NCBI GenBank assembly: GCA_000307935.1 | Contig: AMWX01000001.1 | Span: forward strand, 244,041-308,040 | Direction of reading: 5' to 3' | DNA: 64,000 nucleotides | Origin: SAR86 cluster bacterium SAR86E | GTDB taxonomy: Bacteria > Pseudomonadota > Gammaproteobacteria > Magnimaribacterales > D2472 | Shown: positions 29,789 to 39,615 of the stretch, in pieces | How positions within the stretch are numbered: the first letter of the stretch is position 1 | Layout: the number at the start of each line of letters is the position of its first letter | Position numbers and translations under genes: made by a program | Notes under the pieces: model-generated | Database searches by the model: none | What the model was told of the DNA's origin: nothing | The model's input: only the letters and a program-made list of their open reading frames with translations

Positions 29789-31646
29789 GTGAATTAAAGT
29801 TATTTGTCCAATTCCAATATTCTACCAATCTCCATGGGGATGTGGTGACAACTTTTCCTTGCGAGTTCTGATACCAGCTAGAGACATTTGCATGTTGCCA
29901 AACCATTCTTTTATGCCTCTCGTCGAATCTATCTTGATATCGCTTTTCAACTTCAGGTTTTACCTTGATAACTTTGTGATCGTTAGTAAGCATGTAATCT
30001 ATTGCTGAGCAAATATAATTGATTTGGCACTCTGAGTTGAAGATGATGCTTCCGGCATGAGCTAAATTAGTTCCTGGACCATACATAGCAAAAAAATTAG
30101 GCATTGTAGAAAAAGTTATTCCTAGATAGGATTGGGGTGTATCTTTGTAGATACTTCTAAAACTGCCTGAACCTCCATCAATATTGATAGGATCAAAAAA
30201 ATCTTGCGATTTAAAACCTGTAGCAAATATCAAAGTATCAAAATCATGTTCCCTTTCCGAGCTAACAATTCCTTTAGAGTTTATGAAATCAACTCCCTCT
30301 GCAAGCAAAGATACATTTGGAAGGTGAAGAGCTTTCAACCATGCACCATTGTCTTGGAGCATTCGCTTTCCAAATGGAGGATATTTTGGGATCACCTTTT
30401 CAACAAGAGATTGATCAGAGATTTGAGATATCATAGCAGCCGTAAAAAGCTCCCTCATTTCATCATTTTGTTGATTGATAGAATCAATTCTAACTTTCCA
30501 TGAGGGATCAACAAACAAAGAAGCAAGTAGCTGATCTGATCCGGGATAAAAGAGTAAAAACCTATACCACCGTGAATAGAAAGGTAAGTTTTCTAGTAAC
30601 CATTTTTTTTCTTCATCTACTTCATCATGATATTTTGGGTTAGGAAACATCCATGGAGGAGATCGTTGAAAAATTGTTAACTCTTTGCAAGATTTAGCAA
30701 TGCTGGGAACTATCTGAAACGCGCTTGCACCAGTGCCAACTACTGCAACTTTTTTTCCTGTAATCACATCAGCTTCTGGCCATTGCGAGGAATGAAACAA
30801 GTTGCCTTCAAACTTATCTATGCCCTCAATATCAGGAATTTTTGGTTGATTTAGCTGCCCAACACAAGAAATAACAATATTGATTGTTTCAAGATTATTT
30901 TTCCCATTTCTAATGGAAGCTACTTCCCAGGTTTGAGCTGAATCATCAAACTTCATGTCAGTAACCTGAGTTTCAAAGTATGTATTCTTTTGAATATCAA
31001 ATTTTTTAAAACACCTTTTAAAATAATCTAATAATTCCGGCTGTTGGGAAAAATGCTCTGACCACTCGTGGTTTTCTTCAAATGAATATGAATAAAAATG
31101 GTTTGCGATATCAACTCTAGCTCCAGGATATTTGTTTTCATACCAAGTTCCACCCAGATCAACATTCTTTTCATAAATTTTAAACTTGATTCCTCTCTCC
31201 GCTAATTTAATTGCAGCGAGGATTCCAGACATGCCAGCACCAATAATCAAAACTTCTAGACTTGATTTTGCAGTTACAAAATCTGATTTTGAATTACCAG
31301 ATGTAAGATGCAAGTCACTTAGCATCATAGGAATATATTCGGAAGACACGCTCTCTCCTACTATAAAATTCATCATTCTATGAAGCTCTTCATTTGAGGG
31401 AACATAGAGATCTTTAGCTTCATGAGTAGAAAAAAATTTATGTATTTCTTTTAGGGCTATTTTCTTAATTACTTGCTTGTCATCGTTAGAGAGAAATCCC
31501 TGAGTTTCTCCTAACACTGCTTGATTGGGCCTAGGTAATTTGTCTAATATTGAAATATCTCCTGTAAAATGAACTAACAATGCTGCAACAACCGGAAAAC
31601 TGGCTGAATCTAATGCTCTTTCTAGAGTTTGCTTGCTAATATTCAC
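29772..31646 (-). CDS. Type I Baeyer-Villiger (flavin-containing) monooxygenase with an N-terminal extension of about 130 aa (HAPMO-like)
   Basis: Rossmann motifs GAGMSG and GTGASA. BVMO fingerprint FEGNLFHSSQWP (FxGxxxHxxxWP). Confidence 0.85.
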   Translation of the reverse strand: MNISKQTLERALDSASFPVVAALLVHFTGDISILDKLPRPNQAVLGETQGFLSNDDKQVIKKIALKEIHKFFSTHEAKDLYVPSNEELHRMMNFIVGESVSSEYIPMMLSDLHLTSGNSKSDFVTAKSSLEVLIIGAGMSGILAAIKLAERGIKFKIYEKNVDLGGTWYENKYPGARVDIANHFYSYSFEENHEWSEHFSQQPELLDYFKRCFKKFDIQKNTYFETQVTDMKFDDSAQTWEVASIRNGKNNLETINIVISCVGQLNQPKIPDIEGIDKFEGNLFHSSQWPEADVITGKKVAVVGTGASAFQIVPSIAKSCKELTIFQRSPPWMFPNPKYHDEVDEEKKWLLENLPFYSRWYRFLLFYPGSDQLLASLFVDPSWKVRIDSINQQNDEMRELFTAAMISQISDQSLVEKVIPKYPPFGKRMLQDNGAWLKALHLPNVSLLAEGVDFINSKGIVSSEREHDFDTLIFATGFKSQDFFDPINIDGGSGSFRSIYKDTPQSYLGITFSTMPNFFAMYGPGTNLAHAGSIIFNSECQINYICSAIDYMLTNDHKVIKVKPEVEKRYQDRFDERHKRMVWQHANVSSWYQNSQGKVVTTSPWRLVEYWNWTNNFNSHEYDF

Positions 31647-31698
31647 ATTAAATTAATTATGCACTCAAAAATATTAAGAATTATAGCTAAAGTTTAAA

Positions 31699-32808
31699 AT
31701 GTCCCAATATTTAGAAATTATTAAGCAGATCCATTCCTCCCCATATAGATTTGTTTTAGTATCAAGTGGTGGTGGAACTAATGCGATATCTGAGTTTTTA
31801 AAAGTACCTGGCGCAAGTAAATCAGTATTAGAGTCTTATGTGCCCTATGCAAAAGAATCTTTAGACTATTATCTACTCAAGCAGCCAGATCATTACTGCT
31901 CTTTGCGAACTACCCTAAGCATGGCAGCAAAAGCCTATAGTGCAGCAAAAAAAATTGATCAAAATACTAATCCAAAAAATCTCTTAGGTGTAGCAGTTAC
32001 TGCCTCGCTAGCAACAAATTATTCAAAAAAGGGGGAGCATAAATTTTTTATCGCTATACAGACATACAAATATTCGTCTAGCTTTTCTTTTACATTCCCT
32101 AAAAAAGGTGAGCTGACTCGAGAAGAAGAAGAGCTTATTGTTACTGATCACATAATCAATGCGATTGCCCAGTCATGTAAGGCTCAAAATCAAAAGTTGG
32201 TTGAAAACTCCTCTCTTAAGATCAAGACTGTTAAAGCCGAAAAAAATTGGGTCAAGTTGGTTGCTAATAAAATTGATTTTGTTTCATCATCCAATCGAAT
32301 TCCAGAGCTAATTTTTCCAGGATCATTTAATCCCCTCCATTCAGGGCATAACTCTATGAGTGAGCTCGCTGAGAAAAAAACTGGATTAGGTCTTGCATAT
32401 GAAATATGCATTCAAAATGCTGATAAGCCTCCTCTTTCATATCATGAAATTGAAACAACGCTTGACCAGTTTAGTCATGGACAAGAATGGGTGTTAACCA
32501 AAGCTGGGAAATTTTCAGATAAAGCCGCACTCTTCCCCAACTCTGTATTCATTATTGGTGCTGATACCTTAACAAGAATTTTAGATGAAAAGTTTTATTT
32601 AAATCGCGAAGATATGCTTAATCAATTGGATTTATTTAATAGTCACAATATTAACTTTCTAGTATTTGGACGAAAAATAAAAAGCAATTTTATTGATCTT
32701 GATTCTGTAAGCATACCTCAGCACATAGCTCAAAGATTTTCTGGGTTTGGAGAAGAGATCTTCAGAGATGATATTTCATCAACCCTAATCAGAAAAGAGC
32801 AAGGCTAA
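31699..32808 (+). CDS. Fusion protein: CinA/PncC-like N-terminal domain plus NadD/NMNAT-like nucleotidyltransferase C-terminal domain
   Basis: The N-terminal half follows the CinA-C pattern (VSSGGGT..., PGASKSVLESYVPYAKES, GVAVTASLAT). The C-terminal half has GSFNPLHSGH ((H/T)xGH) and a terminal ISSTLIR motif. Confidence 0.6.
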   Translation: MSQYLEIIKQIHSSPYRFVLVSSGGGTNAISEFLKVPGASKSVLESYVPYAKESLDYYLLKQPDHYCSLRTTLSMAAKAYSAAKKIDQNTNPKNLLGVAVTASLATNYSKKGEHKFFIAIQTYKYSSSFSFTFPKKGELTREEEELIVTDHIINAIAQSCKAQNQKLVENSSLKIKTVKAEKNWVKLVANKIDFVSSSNRIPELIFPGSFNPLHSGHNSMSELAEKKTGLGLAYEICIQNADKPPLSYHEIETTLDQFSHGQEWVLTKAGKFSDKAALFPNSVFIIGADTLTRILDEKFYLNREDMLNQLDLFNSHNINFLVFGRKIKSNFIDLDSVSIPQHIAQRFSGFGEEIFRDDISSTLIRKEQG

Positions 32809-32868
32809 GTTATACAAAAATCGTTATACTACTTTAGACTTTTTTATAAAAATCTGGGGGGAATTTAT

Positions 32869-34011
32869 ATGAAAGGTTTCTTACCAAAAAATGCGCCTGC
32901 ACAATCCTATTCAATAGACTCTCAATCATGTTCGAGAATTGAAGAAATATGTAATAATCTCCCAAAATTATTATTGACAGGAAAAGTCCAAACAACCATT
33001 GATAAGCTTTCAAAGAAAGACTTATCTATTAAAGAGCTATTAGTAAATCAGATGGGGCAGGATCTAAAACTTGCTATGTCCCAATTAAGCTTTATGGCTC
33101 ATGCTTATATTTGGGGTGCTGAAAAACCTCATGGAGAATTACCTCATTGCCTTGCAGAGCCCTGGGTTGAGGCTGCAAATCATCAAGGGAGACCTCCAAT
33201 TCTAAGCTATGCAAGTTATTGCTTAGATAATTGGTTTTTAATCAATCAAGATGAAGAGGTATCATTAGAAAATGTTGGTTTAATAAATAATTTTTTAGGT
33301 GGCGTGGATGAGGATTGGTTTGTCACAATTCATGTATGCATCGAAAATGCTGCATCAGATGCTATAGAGGCATGCAAAAAAATATCACAATGTGACAAAA
33401 ATTCATCTGAACAAGAAGTGTATAAATTTTTAGAACAGATAGTAGAGTCAATGCAAAAAGTAAATTCAATTTTTGCAAGAATGCCTGAGAAATGTGATCC
33501 ATATATTTATTATCATCGTGTGCGCCCATTTATTTTTGGAACAAAAGATAACCCTGATCTAGAAAAAGGGCTTGTTTACGAGGGACAATTTGATAACAAA
33601 CCTCAATTTTTTAGAGGAGAGACCGGTGCACAAAGTAGCATAATTCCATCATTGGATGGAGCCTTGCAAATTTCACACACAAAAGATCATCTAAGACATT
33701 ATTTAAACGAAATGAGAGATTACATGCCGCCAAAGCATAGAAATTTTATTTCTGAACTTGAAAATACTTCTCAAATTAAAAAACTTTTAGAGGATTCAAG
33801 AAAACTTGTTAACAAATACAATGATTGTCTAGAGGAAATAAGGGCGTTCAGAGCAATGCATCTTGAATATGCAGGAACCTACATACACAAACAATCGCAA
33901 ATTAAAAATCCATTTGGTCGAGGCGGATCAACCATTACAGGGACTGGCGGGACGCCTTTTATGTCTTATCTAAAGAAGCACCGGGATGAAACAGAAGAGC
34001 AAAAAAAGTAA
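32869..34011 (+). CDS. Indoleamine 2,3-dioxygenase (IDO) family heme dioxygenase
   Basis: GETGAQSS, RDYMPPKHRNF and FRAMHLEY...TGTGGT match my memory of human IDO1 (GGSAGQSS, RRYMPPAHRNF, proximal His in SYHL, GTGGT). Confidence 0.85.
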   Translation: MKGFLPKNAPAQSYSIDSQSCSRIEEICNNLPKLLLTGKVQTTIDKLSKKDLSIKELLVNQMGQDLKLAMSQLSFMAHAYIWGAEKPHGELPHCLAEPWVEAANHQGRPPILSYASYCLDNWFLINQDEEVSLENVGLINNFLGGVDEDWFVTIHVCIENAASDAIEACKKISQCDKNSSEQEVYKFLEQIVESMQKVNSIFARMPEKCDPYIYYHRVRPFIFGTKDNPDLEKGLVYEGQFDNKPQFFRGETGAQSSIIPSLDGALQISHTKDHLRHYLNEMRDYMPPKHRNFISELENTSQIKKLLEDSRKLVNKYNDCLEEIRAFRAMHLEYAGTYIHKQSQIKNPFGRGGSTITGTGGTPFMSYLKKHRDETEEQKK

Positions 34012-34016
34012 AAAGA

Positions 34017-34220
34017 TTATTTACTATGTGGTGGCAATTTAGCTTCTACAAACCATTCATGGATTTGCTTGGCTGGATTAAACTTTTTTAATCTTAATTT
34101 TTGGTTTTCAATAACTAGCTTCTTCGTCTTTACTGCCAAGTAATGATAGGTGTGACTATCTCTTGATTCACTTTCTGGAATTAAATAAACCTTAGTTTGT
34201 TTCTTTTTGCTATCTGCCAT
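34017..34220 (-). CDS. Small basic protein, divergent ribosomal protein L33-like
   Basis: 67 aa. KVYL..(x)..HTYHY..KTKK....KLRLKKFNPAKQIHEWFVEAKL parallels E. coli L33 (KIKL..[33 protein letters not shown]). It has no Cys pairs and is not next to rpmB. Confidence 0.45.
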   Translation of the reverse strand: MADSKKKQTKVYLIPESESRDSHTYHYLAVKTKKLVIENQKLRLKKFNPAKQIHEWFVEAKLPPHSK

Positions 34221-34335
34221 AATGTTGGGGATTATACCGAAATTAGATCAATTTCCCACGAATTATTTTAAATATATTATTAAAATTTTTTAGCTATCAA
34301 CCATCTATTTACACTAAAATGATTCGTCCTTAATA

Positions 34336-36522
34336 ATGAATTTTAAAACTACATACTTTAATAAATTAATTGTCATCATTTTGTTTGGCGTTTCGCTGAA
34401 TACTTTGAGTGAGAACATTTCTCTTGACGGGGTTATCTCAGATGATGAATGGAAAGAGGCATCTATATTTGACTTAGAGTATGAGGTCATGCCCTCTCGA
34501 AATACACCCGCAGGTTTAAAAACTACAGCTTATGTAAAGTTTGATGAAAAATATCTATATATAGCTATAAAAGCATATGGTGACCCTAAGAAAATAAGAG
34601 CGACTTTAAAAAATAGAGATCAAACATGGAATGAAGACTATGTTGCTTTGATGGCTGATCCATTTAGGGATGGTAGATACGGTGTTCTTATTGGGGTTAA
34701 CGCATTAGGGGTACAGCTGGATGAAAAACATATAAGTAGTGCTGGCCCGGATGACTCCTGGGATATTCTTTTTCAATCTGCGACTGCTTTTCAAGATGAT
34801 GGGTACTCAGCTGAATTAATTATCCCCTTCGCCGAACTTCAACTACCAGATACTGAAGTGCAAAAATGGAAAATGGGCTTCATAAGAAAATCATATGAAG
34901 CTGGAATTCAAACTGTTTTTGCTTCATTCAAAAATCTTCCGGCTGAACAATGTTATGCATGTCAGGCCGACGAAGAAATTCTGTTAGGCTCACCAGAAAA
35001 AATTTATAGAAATTATTTATATCCATACATATTTTTAAATCAAAATGGTGACAGGCCTGTCAAAGATTTTAAATTACAGAATCCTGACTACGAAATTGGT
35101 ATTACTGGGCTATATGATCTATCAAAGTCTTCGTCTATTGAATACACCATTAATCCAGACTTCTCTCAGGTTGAGTCTGATGTTCCAATGATCATGGCTA
35201 ATCAAACTTTTGCCATGTCCTACCCCGAAAAAAGAACTTTTTTTCTTGAAGGATCTGAGCTGCTTAAATCAGATACACAAACTGTTTATACTCGATCCAT
35301 TACCAATCCTCTAGGAGCAATTAAATACATCAATCAGGGTGAAAATAATACGGTCTATTTGTTACAAGCTACAGATACCGATTCACCCTACTTAGCAGCT
35401 GGGCAATATAGATCTTATAAAGGTAATGCTGGTAAAAGCAAGGTAACAATAGGAAGGTTAAAAAGAAATTTAGGTAATAAATCATATGTTGGGTTAATCG
35501 CAACAAATAGAGATTATCAAGTTGGTGGATCTGGTTCTGTGGTTGAATTTGATAGTCTAATTAACCTCATGGATGATTATATTTTAGACCTAAACTACGC
35601 AAGAAGTGATACCCAAGAAGGTGATAATAATTTCATAGATACCGATGATACTTTTGCAGGTCGAACCTATGCGATGGACGGTGAGTCTTTTTCAGGGACA
35701 GCTAAAAACTTTCGATTAAGATGGGCTGTTGATCAAGCCAATGCAGGAATCAGATTTTCAGATGTATCACCGACTTACAGAGCTCATGTTGGCTTTGTAA
35801 GCAGGAATGATTATAAGTATCGTAACTATTGGTACGGAAGGACTTTCAGGTCTCAAGGAACCATTAGACAAATAAATTTTAGGCTTAATAATCGAAATAG
35901 ATTAAATTCAAAAAACGAAAAAACTCTTGAATTTTATGAGTTCCAAATTGATCTTGAAACGAATTTTAATTTTACTGGAACAATTGAATGGCAGCATAAA
36001 CCTGGCGAAAAATTTAATGGCATTCAGTATGGCGAACAAAGAGATATTGAAGTAAGGGGTCAATACCATCCTTCAGAAAGTTTTTTTACTAGTTTTGAGA
36101 TAGAAAAAGGTGAATCAATCGCTTACAGAATTGATAACCCGGAAATTGGCGATTCAACTGAGTACAACCTCTTCAACGTATTTAGATTCTCAGATCAGTT
36201 TAAGGTTTCACTAGGCCATAGATACTCGGAATTAAAAAATAAATTAACTGGAGAAGAATTCTATGCAGGTGAGATAAATAGATTTGAGATAGATTATCAA
36301 ATTGATGGGGCTTTATCGACCAGGACTATCATTGAAAAAAATGACTTTAGTGACGACTACTTTCTTGAGGCTCTAATTCAATGGAAACCAAACCCATACA
36401 CAATATTTTATGCAGGTGGGACTCAATTTTATAAAGAGCCAAATCCTTTTAGCGATAATATCAGACTTGAAACTTCACAAATATATTTAAAATTTCAATA
36501 TTTCTATAACCCCAACCAATAA
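34336..36522 (+). CDS. Secreted/outer-membrane protein with an N-terminal CBM9/DOMON-like domain (DUF5916-type)
   Basis: 728 aa, signal peptide. The N-terminal domain pattern is LDGVISDDEWKEA...YVKFDEKYLYIAIKA. The long C-terminal region has alternating beta-strand-like sequence and ends in aromatic residues. Family recall only. Confidence 0.55.
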   Translation: MNFKTTYFNKLIVIILFGVSLNTLSENISLDGVISDDEWKEASIFDLEYEVMPSRNTPAGLKTTAYVKFDEKYLYIAIKAYGDPKKIRATLKNRDQTWNEDYVALMADPFRDGRYGVLIGVNALGVQLDEKHISSAGPDDSWDILFQSATAFQDDGYSAELIIPFAELQLPDTEVQKWKMGFIRKSYEAGIQTVFASFKNLPAEQCYACQADEEILLGSPEKIYRNYLYPYIFLNQNGDRPVKDFKLQNPDYEIGITGLYDLSKSSSIEYTINPDFSQVESDVPMIMANQTFAMSYPEKRTFFLEGSELLKSDTQTVYTRSITNPLGAIKYINQGENNTVYLLQATDTDSPYLAAGQYRSYKGNAGKSKVTIGRLKRNLGNKSYVGLIATNRDYQVGGSGSVVEFDSLINLMDDYILDLNYARSDTQEGDNNFIDTDDTFAGRTYAMDGESFSGTAKNFRLRWAVDQANAGIRFSDVSPTYRAHVGFVSRNDYKYRNYWYGRTFRSQGTIRQINFRLNNRNRLNSKNEKTLEFYEFQIDLETNFNFTGTIEWQHKPGEKFNGIQYGEQRDIEVRGQYHPSESFFTSFEIEKGESIAYRIDNPEIGDSTEYNLFNVFRFSDQFKVSLGHRYSELKNKLTGEEFYAGEINRFEIDYQIDGALSTRTIIEKNDFSDDYFLEALIQWKPNPYTIFYAGGTQFYKEPNPFSDNIRLETSQIYLKFQYFYNPNQ

Positions 36523-36530
36523 AGAATTAA

Positions 36531-38963
36531 TTAACAGCTAACTTTTGTTCCAGTTATAGCTCCATCTTTAATAATTATCGAGTTTACATCAAAATTGATT
36601 TGTTCCTCACTTGAGAACAAGCCTCGGATTTGAACCTTGGATTCATTTAATCCATCCTTTTTTAAACAGGATAGTGGGACATTGATTGCCTCCCATTCAG
36701 CCATTTTTGATACTGGCAACTCTATGGAGCCCATACAATTATTACCACATCCAACACTAAAATAAAGTTTTGCATCACTTAAGCTATTAACTCGCATGAC
36801 TATCTCATAGTAAGGCGAATCCATACTACTCAAATCCGTAGGAAGTTCAGCAGATATTCCATAGGCCTGCATTCCCTTATTTTTTATAAAAATAATATTT
36901 TTTGCATCATCCTGTCTTTGATAGTCAAATCGAGTAATTTTAATTTTCTTGTTCGCACTTAAGAAATTATCCTGCATAACAAACTCAGGACCAGAGTCTG
37001 TAACAACAAATTCTTTTCCTGGTATAGAAGCAGCCCCAAGGAATATATTGACCAAGTCTAATTTTTTACTTTTTACAATTTTAATATTATTTATTTGATC
37101 TTCAGATGCGTATGTTAATCCGTAGCCATATGGAAATAATGGATCGTAAATACTGTCGGTAAAATTCAATACAGATTGATCTTTTGAGCGAGGCCATGAA
37201 TAAGATAATTTTCCTTGAAAATCAAAATTTATCTTATTATTTTTCATAAAAATTACATCGCTGATTCCTTCAACTGCAGTCCCTGGTAGCCAAGCCGCAA
37301 CAAATGCATTGGATGCATTCAAATACTCATTAACAACCAAAGGTCTTCCAGACAGAAAAATACTTATGGTTGGAATATTGGTTGCTGATATAGATTCAAG
37401 CAGAGGCAAATATCGAGGATCAGTTGCAGTAAAAGCAACATCCTTTAAATCACCTAGCATTTCAGCATAGGGTTCTTCACCAAAAACTCCTATTACAACA
37501 TCAGGCTTATTTTGAAATTTTCCATTACTGGAAAACTCTACAGAGCCTCCATTAACTTCAACATAATTTTTTATAGACTCATATATCGTCCTTGTATTTA
37601 CAAAATCAGAATTTGAATTTTCTCTTCCCTGCCAGGTAATTGTCCAACCACCTGTTTGTGTACTAATTTTATTAGATGCATCTCCTATAACCCCAATATG
37701 CTGGTTTGGCATTAATGGCAATACACCATCATTATTTTTTAGCAAAACCAAAGATTCTCTTACGGCTTGTCTTGCCAATGAAATATGATCTGGGTGTCCA
37801 AGAAAATTCCCTTCAAACTCATGGGGCTTTCTTCCATTGAGAAGTCCCAATCTAGACTTCACTACAAGAATATTTTTTACTGCTTCATCAAGTCTTAGCT
37901 CTGAAATTTCACCAGAGTTTACTTGCCTAATAGTGTTACGCAAGAGGTCTTTCCAATTCTCAGGGACCATAAACATATCAACGCCAGCATTAAATGATTG
38001 AGCGCATTTTGAATTAGAACAATCCTCTACTTGACCATGGCCGTTCCAGTCTCCCACGACAAAGCCATCAAATTGCATATCATTTTTTAAAACGCCTGTT
38101 AGTAAAGATTTGCTTCCATGAAGTTTTTCTCCATTCCAAGAATTAAAACTTGCCATTACGGTTTGGGCGCAAGCATCAAGCGCATCAAAATATGGGTATC
38201 CATGAAGCTCTCTCAAACCTAATTCAGATATTTTTGTGTTGCCTTGATCGACACCATTTGTTGTGCCTCCATCACCCATAAAGTGTTTTGCAGTAGCCAA
38301 AACATGTTTCTCATTGAGTAAAGTAGACCCCTCTCCCTGAAGGCCAAGAATGAGTGCTTTACCCAATTTTGAAACTAAAATTGGGTCCTCTGAAAAACCT
38401 TCGTAAGTTCTACCCCATCTATCATCCTGAGGAACAGCAATTGTTGGAGCAAACGTCCATGCAACTCCGGTAGATAGAACTTCCAAGGCAATGGCTTCTC
38501 CAATCTTTTGAACCAATTCAATATTTCTTGTTGCACCAAGACCAATATTGTGAGGAAAAAGGGTTGCACCAATAACATTATTATGACCGTGAACAGCATC
38601 AGTGCCCCATAGAACAGGAATCTTTATTCCTTTATAAGTTGGAGATGCATCATAAAATTCTTGGCTTAGTTTCTTCCAATCACTCAATGAGCTGTATTTA
38701 TCACCATTAGGAGCTGTGTTCCCTCCATTCAATACAGAGCCGATTTTAAATTTTTTGACGTCTGCTGGGGTAATAAAATCTAAATCGCCTTGAATTACCT
38801 GACCAACTTTCTCCTCAATGCTCATGTCAGAAATTAATTGATCGATAAGATCAGCATTACTAAAATTATTATACTTACATGAATTTTCTCGTGACCAATC
38901 AACTTCAGCCAAAAGACTTGTTGCTTGGATTAAAAACATAGTTAGTAATATAAACTTTTTCAT
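36531..38963 (-). CDS. Glycoside hydrolase family 3 beta-glucosidase / exo-beta-glucanase with an extra C-terminal domain
   Basis: Signal peptide. GH3 motifs WGTDAVHGHNN, KHFMGDGGT and the nucleophile region GFVVGDWNG. Confidence 0.9.
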   Translation of the reverse strand: MKKFILLTMFLIQATSLLAEVDWSRENSCKYNNFSNADLIDQLISDMSIEEKVGQVIQGDLDFITPADVKKFKIGSVLNGGNTAPNGDKYSSLSDWKKLSQEFYDASPTYKGIKIPVLWGTDAVHGHNNVIGATLFPHNIGLGATRNIELVQKIGEAIALEVLSTGVAWTFAPTIAVPQDDRWGRTYEGFSEDPILVSKLGKALILGLQGEGSTLLNEKHVLATAKHFMGDGGTTNGVDQGNTKISELGLRELHGYPYFDALDACAQTVMASFNSWNGEKLHGSKSLLTGVLKNDMQFDGFVVGDWNGHGQVEDCSNSKCAQSFNAGVDMFMVPENWKDLLRNTIRQVNSGEISELRLDEAVKNILVVKSRLGLLNGRKPHEFEGNFLGHPDHISLARQAVRESLVLLKNNDGVLPLMPNQHIGVIGDASNKISTQTGGWTITWQGRENSNSDFVNTRTIYESIKNYVEVNGGSVEFSSNGKFQNKPDVVIGVFGEEPYAEMLGDLKDVAFTATDPRYLPLLESISATNIPTISIFLSGRPLVVNEYLNASNAFVAAWLPGTAVEGISDVIFMKNNKINFDFQGKLSYSWPRSKDQSVLNFTDSIYDPLFPYGYGLTYASEDQINNIKIVKSKKLDLVNIFLGAASIPGKEFVVTDSGPEFVMQDNFLSANKKIKITRFDYQRQDDAKNIIFIKNKGMQAYGISAELPTDLSSMDSPYYEIVMRVNSLSDAKLYFSVGCGNNCMGSIELPVSKMAEWEAINVPLSCLKKDGLNESKVQIRGLFSSEEQINFDVNSIIIKDGAITGTKVSC

Positions 38964-38971
38964 AGTAGTCC

Positions 38972-39613
38972 TCAGGTAAAATCTAAATCAGAAAATTCAA
39001 CTGTAGTTTTGTTTTGGTTTAATAAAAAAAATAAAGGGAATCTCTTATCGCCATAAGCTTTTTCAATAACGGCTCTTTTGTCCGCACTTGGAACGATCAA
39101 GATGCAACGTTTCGTATCTATCAGCAGCGATAAATTCATTGATATTCTTTGATAGCACGGTGATCCTAATGGCTGTTCTGATTTTACCAAAGCTGGTAGC
39201 GCATTAACATCTAACATCCTTAAATTTGTTAATTGATCCGGAAAGAGTGATGCAAAGTGACCATCCATTCCAAGCCCAAGCAATACAATGTCAAAAGGTA
39301 GCTTTATCTCATTAACTCTTAATTCTGGATACAACAATGAATTAAAAGAAGCTTTGCTAGCATTATTAATCATCAATTGAGTTTTTATAAGGTGCTCATT
39401 TGAATCTTTGTGATTTGATTCTACTACTCTGTCATCACCCAAATATATAAAAACTTTGCTCCAATCTATATCGGTCATACTTAACATGTTATACAGCGGC
39501 AAAGGACTACTTCCTCCGGAAACAACAAGGGATGCAAAGCCTTTTGCATCAATAGCATCCGATAAAGAATGACTTATTGATGCTGACAAAGTATTTAACC
39601 TACTTTCTTCCAA
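38972..39613 (-). CDS. pgl: 6-phosphogluconolactonase
   Basis: Motifs SGGSSP, LGDDRVV and GLGMDGHFASLFP. Confidence 0.85.
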   Translation of the reverse strand: MEESRLNTLSASISHSLSDAIDAKGFASLVVSGGSSPLPLYNMLSMTDIDWSKVFIYLGDDRVVESNHKDSNEHLIKTQLMINNASKASFNSLLYPELRVNEIKLPFDIVLLGLGMDGHFASLFPDQLTNLRMLDVNALPALVKSEQPLGSPCYQRISMNLSLLIDTKRCILIVPSADKRAVIEKAYGDKRFPLFFLLNQNKTTVEFSDLDFT

Positions 39614-39615
39614 TT

